Shown: positions 16,324-28,222, counted from the first letter of the stretch. The stretch: DNA of 64,000 nt from an uncultured Pelagibacteraceae bacterium (GCA_902526565.1 CABZLP010000003.1:8394-72393); one strand, 5' to 3'. Notes: generated by a model not told the origin, from the letters alone. Numbers and translations: made by a program.

Positions 16324-18894
16324 ATGTCTGAAAAATATAATTCAAAAGTAATTGAAAAAAAATGGCAATCCTTTTGGGCTGAACAGAAGCTATTTGAAAG
16401 CAAAATAATAGAAGGAAAGAAAAAATATTATATTCTTGAAATGTTTCCTTACCCATCAGGAAAGATACATATGGGGCACGTACGCAATTATACATTAGGT
16501 GATGTGATTGCAAGATACAAAAGAGCTCAAGGATACAATGTAATGCATCCTATGGGCTGGGATGCTTTTGGCTTACCTGCAGAAAATGCAGCGATAGAAA
16601 ATAAAACTTCACCAAAAAAATGGACATATGAAAATATTTCCACCATGAAGAAACAGCTAAAACAAATGGGTCTTTCTATTGATTGGTCTAGAGAAATTGC
16701 AACATGCGACAGACTTTACTATCAAAATCAGCAAAAACTTTTCTTAAAATTTTATCGCAAGAATCTGATTTACAAAAAAGAATCTCTCGTAAATTGGGAT
16801 CCAGTGGAAAATACGGTGCTTGCAAATGAACAAGTGATTGATGGAAAAGGATGGCGATCAGGCGCAGACGTTGAGCAGAAAAAACTCTCTCAATGGTTTT
16901 TTAAAATCACAGATTATGCGGACCATCTCCTTAGCGCATTAGAAAAAATGAATGGATGGCCTGATAAAGTCAAGGCAATGCAAAAGAACTGGATAGGAAA
17001 ATCTTTTGGCTGTGAAATTGATTTTGAAATATCAACTGAATTAGATGAATTTAAATCAGAGAAGATAAGGATTTTTACGACTCGTCCGGATACTATTTTT
17101 GGAGCTACTTTTTGTGCTCTGTCTCCTTTTCACCCATTCGTAGATAAGTTAATACAAAATGATGAAACATTAAAATCACAGGTAAACGATTTGAGATCGC
17201 AAAAAATCAGTGAAGAGTCAATCGCAAGAAATGAAAAAGTTGGTATACAAACAAAGTTATTTATTAAGCACCCATTTATTAAAAATAAATGTTTACCAGT
17301 TTTTATCGCAAACTTTATTCTTATGGATTACGGGTCTGGGGCTATTTACGGCTGCCCAGCACACGATCAAAGAGATTTAGATTTTGCTAATAAATATAAT
17401 CTTGAAGTCATACAAGTTATAAAACCCTCTGACGGTTCAAAGTTTGATCGAATAAACGCGTATACTGGAAATGGTATGATCATGAATTCTGAATTTTTAA
17501 ATAATCTCTCAATTGAACATGCAAAAGAAATGATTATAAAAAAGATAGAGGAATTAAATTTTGGAAAGAAAACAACTAACTTTAGATTAAGAGATTGGGG
17601 TATTTCAAGGCAAAGATATTGGGGTTGTCCGATACCTATTATGTATAGAGAGGATGGTAAAGTCATTGAGGTGCCTGAAGACCAATTACCTCTAGAACTC
17701 CCAGAAGACATTGACCTCAACGCATCAGGAAATCCACTTGATAATCATCCTTCTTGGAAGTATACAAAATGTCCCTCTACGGGAATGAAAGCAATAAGGG
17801 AAACTGATACACTTGATACTTTCGTGGACTCTGCATGGTATTTCCTAAGATTTTGCTCTCCGAGTGAAACAAATAATCCCTTCAATATAAACGAGATTAA
17901 TTATTGGATGCCAGTTGACCAGTATGTTGGTGGTGTTGAACATGCTATCTTACATTTATTGTACTCTAGGTTCTTTACAAAAGCGCTTGGTATAAAGGGC
18001 ATTGAAGAACCTTTTGAAAGTCTTTTTACTCAAGGAATGGTTTGCCATAATACTTTTCAAGATGATTCAAAAGCATGGGTCTTTCCAGATGATGTAGAAA
18101 AAAAAGATTCACAATACATACAAATATCTACTGGTAAACCAGTTACAATGGGTGAGATAGAGTCAATGTCAAAGTCTAAAAAAAATGTAATAGACCCTGA
18201 GTCTATCATTGACTCGTATGGAGCTGATTCAGCGAGGTGGTTTATGTTATCAGATAGTCCACCTGAGAAAGATATAAATTGGACCGACTCAGGAATTAAT
18301 GGTGCGTGGAAGATTTGTCAAAAAATTTGGAAGATAGCGATAGAAAATCAAGAAAACCTAAATCAAAACTTTAAATTAAATACACCAGTTTATGAGGGGG
18401 CTTCTCTTAATTTATTAAAAATTATTCACGAAAATCTCAACTCAATAACTCATAGCATTGAAAGATTTCAGATGAATGTAGCAATAGCTAAGGTTTATGA
18501 AATGGTTAATGCAATTTCTAAATTTGAACCTAAAAATAATAATGGTAAACAAGCCATTAGCGAGTCTTTGTATATATTATTTCGAGTAATTGAACCAATG
18601 GTGCCTCATTTGGCTGAGGAATGTTGGTCACTAACAAAGAAAACCAATTCTCTAATTAGTGAGCCATGGCCAAAGGTAAATAAAAAATATTTAGAAAATA
18701 AAAATGTAAATATAGTCATCCAGATTAATGGGAAGAGGAGGGGAGAGGTGATTGTTTTGAAAAATACACCAGAAAATGAAGTCCATAAAGAAATACAAAA
18801 TATTAAAAATATAAAGGATGCATTATCCGGAAAAAATATAATAAAATCAATTTATGTTCCCAATAAAATACTAAATATTGTTATAGAAACATGA
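16324..18894 (+). CDS. leuS: leucine--tRNA ligase
   Basis: 856 aa. Class I signatures [11 protein letters not shown] (HIGH) and SMSKSKKN (KMSKS), plus a CP1 editing domain. Confidence 0.97.
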   Translation: MSEKYNSKVIEKKWQSFWAEQKLFESKIIEGKKKYYILEMFPYPSGKIHMGHVRNYTLGDVIARYKRAQGYNVMHPMGWDAFGLPAENAAIENKTSPKKWTYENISTMKKQLKQMGLSIDWSREIATCDRLYYQNQQKLFLKFYRKNLIYKKESLVNWDPVENTVLANEQVIDGKGWRSGADVEQKKLSQWFFKITDYADHLLSALEKMNGWPDKVKAMQKNWIGKSFGCEIDFEISTELDEFKSEKIRIFTTRPDTIFGATFCALSPFHPFVDKLIQNDETLKSQVNDLRSQKISEESIARNEKVGIQTKLFIKHPFIKNKCLPVFIANFILMDYGSGAIYGCPAHDQRDLDFANKYNLEVIQVIKPSDGSKFDRINAYTGNGMIMNSEFLNNLSIEHAKEMIIKKIEELNFGKKTTNFRLRDWGISRQRYWGCPIPIMYREDGKVIEVPEDQLPLELPEDIDLNASGNPLDNHPSWKYTKCPSTGMKAIRETDTLDTFVDSAWYFLRFCSPSETNNPFNINEINYWMPVDQYVGGVEHAILHLLYSRFFTKALGIKGIEEPFESLFTQGMVCHNTFQDDSKAWVFPDDVEKKDSQYIQISTGKPVTMGEIESMSKSKKNVIDPESIIDSYGADSARWFMLSDSPPEKDINWTDSGINGAWKICQKIWKIAIENQENLNQNFKLNTPVYEGASLNLLKIIHENLNSITHSIERFQMNVAIAKVYEMVNAISKFEPKNNNGKQAISESLYILFRVIEPMVPHLAEECWSLTKKTNSLISEPWPKVNKKYLENKNVNIVIQINGKRRGEVIVLKNTPENEVHKEIQNIKNIKDALSGKNIIKSIYVPNKILNIVIET

Positions 18895-20597
18895 ATAGAC
18901 ACGAACGCAGGAGACAAAAAAAAACCAATAAACTTAGCCAAGGGGTAAACAGCGATTTGGCTGAAGGTATAAGTTTACACATCAATAAGAATTTTAAACA
19001 GGCAGAGAAATTGTATTACAAAGTCCTCTCTTATGAACCAACTAACTATGAGGCATTGAGGCACTTAGGAATTCTCAACCAGGACTTGAAAGATTATGAG
19101 AAGGCTTATAATTTTTTTATGAAAGCTATTCAATTAAATCCCAATGGTTTTCAAGCTCTAAGCAACTTGGCAACAATACATATGCAAAATAAGAACTATG
19201 ATCTTGCATATAAATGCTTACATAAATCTTTTAAAATTAATTCAAATTATGTACCTACAATAAATAATTTGGCTGGGTATTATCATAAAATCAACGATGC
19301 AAGTAATGCAATAAAGTTTTCTCTTAAATCACTTGATATACAACCAAGCAGTCCTCTGGCACGCAACCAATACGCGAAAGCTCTTATGATAAATAACCAA
19401 CCTGAAATAGCAATTAATCTACTTGAAATATTGAATAGAGAATTCCCAGATAATGATGATTTTAAAGTAAACTTATCTTCAGCATATCGAGAAATGGGAG
19501 AGTTTGAAAAAGCTAACAGAATTGCGTCTGAAGGTTTTAAAAAAGATTATAAAAATGTTTCATATTTATTGGGTTATACAAAAGATAAAAAAAACAAGCT
19601 TACAGATAAACATATAAGTTATTACGAGAATCTTATTGAAAATGACAGAATAAATTACGACGATAAAGCAGTAATTTGCCATTCATTTTTTGAATATTTT
19701 AAAAATGAAAAAAATTTTGAAAAAGCAGGGTCATATCTTGTAAAGGGAAATAATGCGCAATATGCATTTAGATCGTTTGATATGAAACATGAGACAAAGT
19801 TTTTTGACAAAATCAAGAAACTTTTTTCTAAAAAAAGGGAATTTATTATAAAAAAAAGGATTCAAAACAAAATACCCATTTTTATTTGTGGCATGCCACG
19901 CTCAGGTACAACATTATGTGAGCAAATACTATCTTCTCATTCAAAAGTTACAGGAGCCGGAGAACTTAACTACTTAGCTGAAGTATCGAATATTAATCGA
20001 GTTTTGCAACCTAGCGGTGAACAAATAAAAAGTTTTGAAACAACCTTAAATGACAATCGAAACCTTGCGGAAGCAAGAACAAAATACCTCGAAAAACTTG
20101 CTTTAAAAGACAAAAATGACTCCACTTATATTTGTGATAAGATGCCTCACAATTTTGTTTTTATTGGGCTAATTAAACTTATTCTGCCTGAAGCTAAAAT
20201 TATATACTGCAAAAGAGACCCTATAGATAACTGCTTCTCATTGTATTCTCATAAGTTTATTGAACTTTCCCATCAATATTCTTATGATCAAAAGGTATTA
20301 GTGCAATATTATAAACTTCACGAGGAGCTAATGAAATTCTGGTTAAAGCAATTTAAAAAAGATATTTTTATATTAGATAATGAAAAGTTGGTTAATAACC
20401 AAGAAAAAATCTCAAGAGATTTAATTGATTTTTGCGAAATAAATTGGGAAAGCAATTGTCTTGAGTTCCATAAGACAAAGAGACAGGTAAGAACAGCAAG
20501 TATTGAACAGGTAAGAACCCCTATCAATAATAGATCGATAGGTGCATGGAAAAAATATGAGAGTTACCTTCAAGAATTAATATCTAATATCAAATGA
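18891..20597 (+). CDS. TPR-repeat / sulfotransferase fusion protein
   Basis: 568 aa. The N-terminal ~200 aa consists of TPR-like repeats ([23 protein letters not shown]..., [15 protein letters not shown]...). The C-terminal domain has the sulfotransferase 5'-PSB motif [15 protein letters not shown] and a 3'-PB-like [19 protein letters not shown] overlaps join it to leuS (18891-18894) and lptE (20594-20597). Confidence 0.8.
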   Translation: MNRHERRRQKKTNKLSQGVNSDLAEGISLHINKNFKQAEKLYYKVLSYEPTNYEALRHLGILNQDLKDYEKAYNFFMKAIQLNPNGFQALSNLATIHMQNKNYDLAYKCLHKSFKINSNYVPTINNLAGYYHKINDASNAIKFSLKSLDIQPSSPLARNQYAKALMINNQPEIAINLLEILNREFPDNDDFKVNLSSAYREMGEFEKANRIASEGFKKDYKNVSYLLGYTKDKKNKLTDKHISYYENLIENDRINYDDKAVICHSFFEYFKNEKNFEKAGSYLVKGNNAQYAFRSFDMKHETKFFDKIKKLFSKKREFIIKKRIQNKIPIFICGMPRSGTTLCEQILSSHSKVTGAGELNYLAEVSNINRVLQPSGEQIKSFETTLNDNRNLAEARTKYLEKLALKDKNDSTYICDKMPHNFVFIGLIKLILPEAKIIYCKRDPIDNCFSLYSHKFIELSHQYSYDQKVLVQYYKLHEELMKFWLKQFKKDIFILDNEKLVNNQEKISRDLIDFCEINWESNCLEFHKTKRQVRTASIEQVRTPINNRSIGAWKKYESYLQELISNIK

Positions 20598-21094
20598 TAA
20601 AAAGTATTATTAAATTTAACTTAATAATATTTTTAATCTTTTCTTTAAATGCTTGTGGTTTTAAACCAATGTATAAACTTTCTGAAAATAGTATTGATTT
20701 TAGAAGTTATTCAGTTGCAATAATAAATGAAGATAAAATTTCAAGAGAAATTAAAGAGGAATTTGAGAAATCTTTTCCTGCAAATGATCTTGGGAACAGT
20801 TATGTTATCGAAGTTAATGTCACTGAACATTTAGATCCACTCATCATAAACACTGATGGCACTATTTCCAAGTATAGAATTGAAATTATTATAAATTTCA
20901 AAGTAAATAATAAAGATGGAAAGACATCTCTAATGGAAGATAGAGTTAGAGGATTCGCACAATACAGTGTTGAAACATCTGAAATTGAAAGTGAAGACAA
21001 AAAGAAAAGGATGATAAGAACCGCAACAAATAGTGCGATACAGATGATGATTTCAAGAATCCAAAGTGATACTTCAACAACTAATGATAATTAA
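20594..21094 (+). CDS. lptE: LPS-assembly lipoprotein LptE
   Basis: 166 aa with lipobox LNACGFKP. Size and position in the leuS-lptE-holA arrangement conserved across Proteobacteria. Confidence 0.7.
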   Translation: MIKSIIKFNLIIFLIFSLNACGFKPMYKLSENSIDFRSYSVAIINEDKISREIKEEFEKSFPANDLGNSYVIEVNVTEHLDPLIINTDGTISKYRIEIIINFKVNNKDGKTSLMEDRVRGFAQYSVETSEIESEDKKKRMIRTATNSAIQMMISRIQSDTSTTNDN

Positions 21095-22109
21095 AGATTT
21101 TCAAATTGAAAAAATAATAAATGAAAACAAGGGCTTTTTACCCTTTTTAATCTATGGACCGAACGAGGGGTTAATAAGGGATCACATCAAAAAAATTAAA
21201 AGTGAATATTTAAATGATGTTGATTTTGAAGAAATTTCGATATCCAGTAAAAGTCTAGATCTAAACCCTGATATTCTTCAGACCTCGGCAAATTCAATTT
21301 CAATGTTTAATAGTTATAAACTTATTATTCTAGAGTCATTTAAAGATAAGCATATGAGAGAGCTTGAGAGTGTCATTAATGCAGCCCCAGCTCAAACAAT
21401 GCTGATCGTCAAAGCTGATAACATCAAAAAAACTTCCAAACTCAGAAAACTATTTGAGAATAATGCGCTGTGTTATGCATTGGCGTGTTATGAAGATGAT
21501 GCAAAATCAATGATGAGATTAATTGATAATTTCTGCAAAGAAAATAATATCTCAGTTGATCGGGATATAAAAAACTATCTCATGCAAACATTGAGCACTG
21601 ATCGAATGATCAGCTTTAACGAACTCCAAAAGATCAGTTTATTTTATACTAATGCAAATACTACTCCAAATCTTGAAGAAATAAAAAATTTACTCAATGA
21701 TACTAGCTCAAATAATTTTCAAAAAATGAATGAGTCAGTGATGTATGGAAATACTGCTAAATGTTCTGGTATCATAAGTAAACTCTTGTCAGAGGGAAAT
21801 AATCCAATTTCTATTCTACGCAGCCTCATCAATTACCTAAAGAGGATACAAAAAGTAAAAGTGGAAATAAAAAAAGGAAGTAATTTTGATTCTGCTATAA
21901 AATTTTTGAGACCTCCCTTATTTTGGAAAGATAAGGATAATTTTCAACAGCATTGCATTCGTTGGCCTTTGAATGTAATTGAGAAAAATCTATCTCAACT
22001 TCTTGATGCTGAAATTGATTGTAAAACCAATAGTAAATTATCCAGCATTCTTTGTGAGCGTTCGATACTAGCGATTTGTCACGAAGGTAAACAACACTTT
22101 CAAAATTAA
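21066..22109 (+). CDS. holA: DNA polymerase III delta subunit
   Basis: 347 aa. Position after lptE, with an N-terminal FLIYGPNEGLI clamp-loader-like fold start. The true start may be M7 (21084). Confidence 0.7.
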   Translation: MILQQLMIIKDFQIEKIINENKGFLPFLIYGPNEGLIRDHIKKIKSEYLNDVDFEEISISSKSLDLNPDILQTSANSISMFNSYKLIILESFKDKHMRELESVINAAPAQTMLIVKADNIKKTSKLRKLFENNALCYALACYEDDAKSMMRLIDNFCKENNISVDRDIKNYLMQTLSTDRMISFNELQKISLFYTNANTTPNLEEIKNLLNDTSSNNFQKMNESVMYGNTAKCSGIISKLLSEGNNPISILRSLINYLKRIQKVKVEIKKGSNFDSAIKFLRPPLFWKDKDNFQQHCIRWPLNVIEKNLSQLLDAEIDCKTNSKLSSILCERSILAICHEGKQHFQN

Positions 22110-22966
22110 TTTTGTAGCTTTTGAGTAATCATTTCTAATTGATCAAGTGTTTTGTAGTCAATTTTTATACTGCCACCTTTTTTACCATTGTGATTAATAT
22201 TGATGGTCAAACCAAGTTTTTCCGAAATTTTATTTTCAAGATCGATTGTATCAGGGTCTTTTAATTTTAATTTTTTAATAATGCCTTTTTTATCTTTTGC
22301 TAAATTTTCTGCCTCCCTTACGCTTAAATTTTCATTAATAATTTTTTCTGCTAATTGTTCTGGAAATGCACTGTTCATAATTGCGCGCGCATGACCTGAT
22401 GATATTTTTCCTTCAGTTATCATGTCTTGTATCGATTGTGGTAAGGATAATAAACGAATGATATTAGCTATATGACTCCTGCTTTTTCCGACGATTCCCG
22501 ACAAATCTTCTTGTGTATGACCATGATTTTCAATTAATCTTTTATAACCTGCGGCTTCTTCAATTGGTGAAAGATCTGATCGTTGAACATTTTCAATGAT
22601 GGCAATTTCAAGTGCTTCAGTATCATTAAAGTTTCTTATAACAACTGGCACCTCATGCAATTGTGCAATTTGTGCTGCACGCCATCTTCTTTCCCCAGCA
22701 ATAATTTCATAATTGTTGGCATCAGATGGTGATGGCCTAACGACTAATGGTTGCACTAACCCTTTTGCTTTAATGGAGTCAGCCAATTCATTAATACTAT
22801 TTTTATTAAACAATCTTCTTGGTTGAGAAGGACTTGGTTTTAAATTAGCAATTAGTATTTTAGTTTCCTGACCAACGTTATTATTTTTTGTTTGTAAAGT
22901 TTCTGTATCTCCCATTAGAGATGAAAGACCACGACCTAAACCTTTTTTTGTTGTGTTTGTAACCAC
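22106..22966 (-). CDS. parB: chromosome partitioning protein ParB
   Basis: 286 aa. Motifs GLGRGLSSL, LVQPLVVRP, IIAGERRWRAAQ and an HTH segment. Confidence 0.95.
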   Translation of the reverse strand: MVTNTTKKGLGRGLSSLMGDTETLQTKNNNVGQETKILIANLKPSPSQPRRLFNKNSINELADSIKAKGLVQPLVVRPSPSDANNYEIIAGERRWRAAQIAQLHEVPVVIRNFNDTEALEIAIIENVQRSDLSPIEEAAGYKRLIENHGHTQEDLSGIVGKSRSHIANIIRLLSLPQSIQDMITEGKISSGHARAIMNSAFPEQLAEKIINENLSVREAENLAKDKKGIIKKLKLKDPDTIDLENKISEKLGLTININHNGKKGGSIKIDYKTLDQLEMITQKLQN

Positions 22967-23754
22967 TATGCTGCTTCTTGTTTTTTATTTTGTTTAATGA
23001 CTTCGTTTGCAAGACTTAAGTAAGCCTGACTGCCTGATGCTCTTTGATCATAGATTAAAGCAGGCATACCGAATGACGGAGCTTCTGAAACTCTTACGTT
23101 ACGAGGTATAATGGTTTCATAAACTTGTTCCCTTAAATGATTTCTGACATCCGTTGCAACTTGAGAGGACAATTTATTTCTGCTGTCGTACATCGTCAAC
23201 ACAATCCCATCAATAGATAAACCAGGATTTAGATTCTGTCTTACACGTTCAATTGTTTTAATTAACTGACTGAGGCCTTCGAGTGCGAAGAATTCACATT
23301 GCAACGGAACAATAATTGCATTGGCTGTCGTCATTGCCATGACAGTCAATAAACTTAACGCGGGTGGGCAATCAATAAAAATAAAATCAAACTCATTTAA
23401 TTTTTCATTTGCGTTAAAAATATTTTTTAATGTAAAAGCTCGATCATTAACGTCAGCAAGTTCAGGTTCAATGCCAGACAAATCAACTGTTGAAGGAATT
23501 AAAAAAAGATTATCAATTTCGGTTTTTCGAATGGAATCTGCAATGTTTGCTTGTCCCGCTAATACTTCGTAAATAGAATTTTCTCTCTGACCATAATCGA
23601 CCCCCAAACCTGTGCTTGCATTACCCTGAGGATCTAGATCAATGATTAATACCTTTTGGCCTGTCGCCGCGAGGGCTGTGGATAAGTTTATAGCTGTGGT
23701 CGTCTTTCCGACCCCTCCTTTTTGATTAGAAATAGCAATTATTTTCCTTTTCAT
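22966..23754 (-). CDS. parA: chromosome partitioning ATPase ParA
   Basis: 262 aa. Deviant Walker A NQKGGVGKTTTAINL, and IIDLDPQGNAS. Confidence 0.95.
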   Translation of the reverse strand: MKRKIIAISNQKGGVGKTTTAINLSTALAATGQKVLIIDLDPQGNASTGLGVDYGQRENSIYEVLAGQANIADSIRKTEIDNLFLIPSTVDLSGIEPELADVNDRAFTLKNIFNANEKLNEFDFIFIDCPPALSLLTVMAMTTANAIIVPLQCEFFALEGLSQLIKTIERVRQNLNPGLSIDGIVLTMYDSRNKLSSQVATDVRNHLREQVYETIIPRNVRVSEAPSFGMPALIYDQRASGSQAYLSLANEVIKQNKKQEAA

Positions 23755-23755
23755 G

Positions 23756-24379
23756 CTAAGTACTTGATTTTATTACATTATTTAGTTCCAAAATATAAGA
23801 TCCCTTTTCAGCACTGTTTTCATGCAATTTATGATCAAAAATCCAATATTTAGTTGCTTCAGCAATCTCATCATCTATATGTATACCTTTATGAAAAAGG
23901 AATGTAGTATTTTTTTTCGATATATTATAACTTATTGATAATAGATCATTTAATCGTCCAACTGCTCTAGCTAAAACAACATCAAATTTTTGATTTGTTG
24001 CTTTCTCAACTTTATAAGGAATCACATAGGTATTCTTCAGTTTTAGAGTATCTATACAGTACTCTAGAAACTCCGCTCTTTTCCTTCGATTTTCGCACAA
24101 AAATATTGAATTTTCGCCATTATAAAACAATGATAATGGAATTCCTGGAAGACCTGATCCACTGCCAATATCGATTATGTTTTGTTTTTTTTCACGAATC
24201 AAATCACTTATTCTCAACGAGTCATAAAAATGCCTTATCCAAAGAAGGTTTTTGTCCTTTTTTGATATAAGGCTTTGCTTTTCAGCTAGTATTAATGATC
24301 TGTAAACATCGAGTTTATTGATTGTTTCACGTGAAACATTACTTTTTAGCTCCATAAGAGCTTCTGGCGAATCCTCCAT
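23756..24379 (-). CDS. rsmG: 16S rRNA (guanine527-N7)-methyltransferase RsmG (GidB)
   Basis: 207 aa. SAM motif IIDIGSGSGLPGIPL, and position between mnmG and parA. Confidence 0.9.
   Translation of the reverse strand: MEDSPEALMELKSNVSRETINKLDVYRSLILAEKQSLISKKDKNLLWIRHFYDSLRISDLIREKKQNIIDIGSGSGLPGIPLSLFYNGENSIFLCENRRKRAEFLEYCIDTLKLKNTYVIPYKVEKATNQKFDVVLARAVGRLNDLLSISYNISKKNTTFLFHKGIHIDDEIAEATKYWIFDHKLHENSAEKGSYILELNNVIKSST
24323..24338. promoter_or_regulatory. parS centromere-like site, perfect consensus TGTTTCACGTGAAACA
   Basis: Exact 16-bp palindrome read directly at 24323-24338. It lies inside rsmG codons N-V-S-R-E-T, 569 nt upstream of the parA start. It is the only copy I found in the window. 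Confidence 0.85.
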
Positions 24380-24389
24380 AATGAGGATA

Positions 24390-26258
24390 TTAAGCCAGTT
24401 TTTTTAATTTTGCTTGAGTTTTTATATGGGCCAATATTACCCCTAAAGCTGCAGGAGTGACACCGTCAATTCTTGAAGCCTGGGCAATGTTTTTTGGCTT
24501 AATTTTTGATAGTTTTTCCTTAATTTCATTGGATAAACTTGACAAATCATCATAGTTAATTGCTTCAGGTATCTTTATTTTTTCCTCTTTATTTATTGAA
24601 ATAATCTCACTTTCTTGCTTTTTAAGATAACCTTTATAGTGAGCTTCAATTGAGACTTGTTCTAATATTTCTTCTGAAAAATCATTTAAATTTATCTCAA
24701 ACATGCCACCTACAGTATTAATATCAATATCTGGGTAAGCCAATAAATCAAATGCAGACCTCTTTTTGCCATCCTTATTAATTTTGACACCCATTTTTTC
24801 AGCTTTATTTGGTGTAACATATTGATTTTTAACAATATTTAATAACACATTCATTTTAATTTGTTTATTTGTAAAATGCTCATATCTATTTTTTGAAACC
24901 AGTCCTAATGTGTTAGCGGTTTCAGTAAGTCTTAAATCAGCATTATCAGCTCTTAATAATAGACGGTATTCTGCCCTTGATGTGAACATTCTATAAGGCT
25001 CTGTCACTCCTTTAAGAGTCAAATCATCAATCATCACTCCAATATAAGAGTCATTTCTAGAAAAAATGTGTTCCTTATTTTCAAGAGAAATCGCAGCATT
25101 TAAGCCCGCAACCAATCCTTGAGCTGCAGCCTCCTCATATCCTGTTGTACCATTAATTTGTCCTGCAAGATAAAGGCCCTTTATTCTTTTAGTCTCTAAA
25201 GTTTGATAAAGTTCTTGTGGATCAATAAAATCATATTCGATCGCATAACCATGTCTTATAATCTTTGCCTCCTCTAAACCATTGATTTTACTAATAAAAT
25301 CGTCTTGAACGTATGCAGGTAATGAGGTTGATATGCCATTTGGATATATCAAATCGCTATCTAAACCTTCTGGCTCAAGGAAAATCTGGTGTCTTAATTT
25401 ATTAGCAAACTTTACAACTTTATCTTCAACAGAAGGACAATATCGAGGTCCTGTACCACTGATTTGACCTGAGTAAATAGCTGATTTTGCTATATTTTTT
25501 TGAATAATGTCATGAACTAATTCATTCGTATAAGTAATATGACAAGGCAGTTGCTCGTTATAAGTTTTGTTCGTTAAAAATGAGAAATATGAATGCTTTT
25601 CATCTGCATCCTGTTTTTCAAGCCTATCAAAATCAATAGTATTTTTATCAATTCTTGCAGGTGTACCAGTCTTCAATCTTCCAATACTAAAGCCTGTCCT
25701 ATATAGAGATTTTGCTAAGCCAATTGATGGGGCGTCACCGTGTCTACCAGCGGGTATTGTTTTATCACCCAAGTGGATAAGCCCATTTAAAAATGTGCCT
25801 GTTGTGATAATTACTTTTTTTGTTGAGATCTTTTTACCACTTTCGCATAAAACACCAGATATTTGATTATCTTGATCGAAAATTAAATCTTCGACGGGAT
25901 CAAATAAACACTCAAGATTTTCAGTTTGAAGGATCTCCTCTTTCATAAATTTTTTATACAATTTCCGATCCGATTGAGCGCGAGGCCCTCGCACAGCAGG
26001 ACCTTTTGTGCGGTTTAAAAGACGATATTGAATGCTTGAGAGATCTGCAATTCTTCCCATGATGCCGTCTAAAGCATCAATTTCTCTAACTAAATGACCT
26101 TTACCTAATCCACCAATAGCCGGGTTACACGACATTTCGCCAATTGTCTCAAATTTATGGCTGACTAAAAGGGTTTTAGCACCTACTCTTGCGGCAGTTG
26201 TTGCTGCTTCACAACCCGCGTGACCACCACCAATGACGACTACATCAAAACTAGACAT
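24390..26258 (-). CDS. mnmG: tRNA uridine-5-carboxymethylaminomethyl modification enzyme MnmG (GidA)
   Basis: 622 aa. [56 protein letters not shown]. Confidence 0.97.
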   Translation of the reverse strand: MSSFDVVVIGGGHAGCEAATTAARVGAKTLLVSHKFETIGEMSCNPAIGGLGKGHLVREIDALDGIMGRIADLSSIQYRLLNRTKGPAVRGPRAQSDRKLYKKFMKEEILQTENLECLFDPVEDLIFDQDNQISGVLCESGKKISTKKVIITTGTFLNGLIHLGDKTIPAGRHGDAPSIGLAKSLYRTGFSIGRLKTGTPARIDKNTIDFDRLEKQDADEKHSYFSFLTNKTYNEQLPCHITYTNELVHDIIQKNIAKSAIYSGQISGTGPRYCPSVEDKVVKFANKLRHQIFLEPEGLDSDLIYPNGISTSLPAYVQDDFISKINGLEEAKIIRHGYAIEYDFIDPQELYQTLETKRIKGLYLAGQINGTTGYEEAAAQGLVAGLNAAISLENKEHIFSRNDSYIGVMIDDLTLKGVTEPYRMFTSRAEYRLLLRADNADLRLTETANTLGLVSKNRYEHFTNKQIKMNVLLNIVKNQYVTPNKAEKMGVKINKDGKKRSAFDLLAYPDIDINTVGGMFEINLNDFSEEILEQVSIEAHYKGYLKKQESEIISINKEEKIKIPEAINYDDLSSLSNEIKEKLSKIKPKNIAQASRIDGVTPAALGVILAHIKTQAKLKKLA

Positions 26259-26307
26259 GTCTAAGTTAAATAAATTAACTCAGCTTAATTGCAATCAATA
26301 ATTTTTG

Positions 26308-27609
26308 TTATTTGCCGATGCAAAAATCTTTAAAAATGACTTCAAGATACTCTTCTACATCAACGTGACCTGTTATTTTGCCAATTTCCTGAATTGCTAA
26401 TCTCAGTTCTTCAACCATGAGCTCAGAATTATTTTTCAAATCAATTGTTTTCGCATTCAACAGGCTCTGGATAGAATTTTGAACACCTAAAATATATCTT
26501 GTCTTCATTGGTATAGTATCTGAGTAACTTCCAAAATTACCTGAGACTTTATCAGAAATTAGTTTGATCAGGTGATCGATACCACTCCCTGTTGAAACGG
26601 AAATGTTGATGGCTTTATCGTATATTTTATTATCTTTATTATGCAGATCACATTTGTTTAATATGGTTAAGCGTTCATCATGAAAATTTAATTTGTTTGG
26701 GTCGTCAAATAATTCAACAACCAAATTTGCTTCATCAATTTTCTTCTTTGTAATTTCTATTCCTTTTTTTTCAATCTCATCACTTGTCTGCCTCAACCCT
26801 GCTGTGTCTGTAAAAACTACTGGAAATCCTGCAATATTTAGCCTTACTTCAATAGCATCACGCGTCGTTCCTTCTCTGTCAGATACGATTGCGACGTCTC
26901 TGTTTGCTAATAAATTTATGAGACTTGATTTCCCAACATTCGGTGTGCCTACAATAGCCACACGATATCCATCTCGCAAAATCTCTCCTTGATTGCGTCG
27001 ATTGATATGCTCATGCATCTCAGCTAAAAGTTTTTCAATTTTTTCATTTATATTTTTTAAAACATCATCAGGAATATCTTCTTCTGAAAAATCAATATCA
27101 GCTTCAAGATAAGCAACCAGTTCAATCAGAGATTTTCTCCAAGATAAGTAAAGCTTATTCAATGAGCCGTCCATCTGACTCAAAGCCTGATTGTGTTGCA
27201 GTTCTGTTTGAGCATTGATTAAATCTCCCATTGCTTCGATAGCTGTAAGATCCATCTTATTATTTATAAATGCTCTTTTTGAAAACTCTCCAGGTTCCGC
27301 AAGTTGCAGCTGGTTAATTCCTGACAAAGTTTTTAAGAGAAGGTCAACTGTTGCTTTTCCACCATGTATGTGAAACTCAACTACGTCTTCTCCAGTGAAA
27401 CTTTTTGGCTTAGCAAAGTAAACAGCTAATCCACGATCGATTAAGTTTCCATTTTCGGAATCATAAAAACTAGTCCTTGTTAATACATTGGGATCAAAGT
27501 GACTCTTGCGAGAGATGGTTTTAAGTGCAGTCAGCGCTAAGTGACCGGATACACGAACTACAGCCAGACCTGCAATTCCGCTTGCTGTTGATAGTGCAAA
27601 TATTGTCAT
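26308..27609 (-). CDS. mnmE: tRNA modification GTPase MnmE (TrmE)
   Basis: 433 aa. G domain GTPNVGKSSLIN, DTAGLR, and the C-terminal FCIGK. Confidence 0.95.
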   Translation of the reverse strand: MTIFALSTASGIAGLAVVRVSGHLALTALKTISRKSHFDPNVLTRTSFYDSENGNLIDRGLAVYFAKPKSFTGEDVVEFHIHGGKATVDLLLKTLSGINQLQLAEPGEFSKRAFINNKMDLTAIEAMGDLINAQTELQHNQALSQMDGSLNKLYLSWRKSLIELVAYLEADIDFSEEDIPDDVLKNINEKIEKLLAEMHEHINRRNQGEILRDGYRVAIVGTPNVGKSSLINLLANRDVAIVSDREGTTRDAIEVRLNIAGFPVVFTDTAGLRQTSDEIEKKGIEITKKKIDEANLVVELFDDPNKLNFHDERLTILNKCDLHNKDNKIYDKAINISVSTGSGIDHLIKLISDKVSGNFGSYSDTIPMKTRYILGVQNSIQSLLNAKTIDLKNNSELMVEELRLAIQEIGKITGHVDVEEYLEVIFKDFCIGK

Positions 27610-27643
27610 AATAAACTATGTGATTGCTGTTTAATCTAAACGA

Positions 27644-28201
27644 TTAATCCCATTTAGTCACAAAGTCACTTAATTCTAATTCGGGTATTCTTTTTTCAGA
27701 TCCTTCTGGCGTCCCGACGTATAAATAACCAAGGACTTTTTCATTTTCTTGAAGGCCTAAGTAAGAGGAAATTTTTTCATCGAGAGCTAAAGCGCCCGTT
27801 CTCCACATTCCTCCGAACTTAAGAGCGCTGAGTGCCAATAGAATATTTTGTGCTGCAGCTGCTGTTGACATAATTTGTTCTATCTCAGGAACCTTTGGAT
27901 GTTCTGTTATATGAGATATTAAGATGATTATCATTGGTGCTCGGAAAGGCGCGTTTTTATACTTTTCAACTTTTTGTTGATCGCCTCCTGCAATATGGTC
28001 ATTAGCAAATTGAGAGAATATTTCAGACAATTTTCTAATTCCATCACCTTTAACCTCTATAAACCTCGACGGCCTCAACCAAGCGTGATCTGGCGCTCGT
28101 AAGGCTGCTTTGTATACAAGCCGCATCTGTTCATCTGATGGAACAGGCTCTGAGAGCACTCTGGGTGAATTTCTTGAAATAATATTTTCTAATGCATCCA
28201 T
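27644..28201 (-). CDS. ydjA: YdjA-type NAD(P)H nitroreductase-family protein
   Basis: 185 aa, collinear with E. coli YdjA as I remember it: MDALE..., RAPDH...RP.RF, NAPFRAPMII, GGMWRTGAL, LGYLYVGTP. Confidence 0.8.
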   Translation of the reverse strand: MDALENIISRNSPRVLSEPVPSDEQMRLVYKAALRAPDHAWLRPSRFIEVKGDGIRKLSEIFSQFANDHIAGGDQQKVEKYKNAPFRAPMIIILISHITEHPKVPEIEQIMSTAAAAQNILLALSALKFGGMWRTGALALDEKISSYLGLQENEKVLGYLYVGTPEGSEKRIPELELSDFVTKWD

Positions 28202-28222
28202 ATAATATATCTTAATGTATAC

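Noticed and set aside
18916-18924. A9 run in codons 9-12 of the TPR-sulfotransferase as a possible phase-variation tract.
   Set aside because: It encodes Q-K-K-T in frame. Runs of this length are common in Lys-rich genes of such an AT-rich genome, and there is no evidence of variability from a single sequence.
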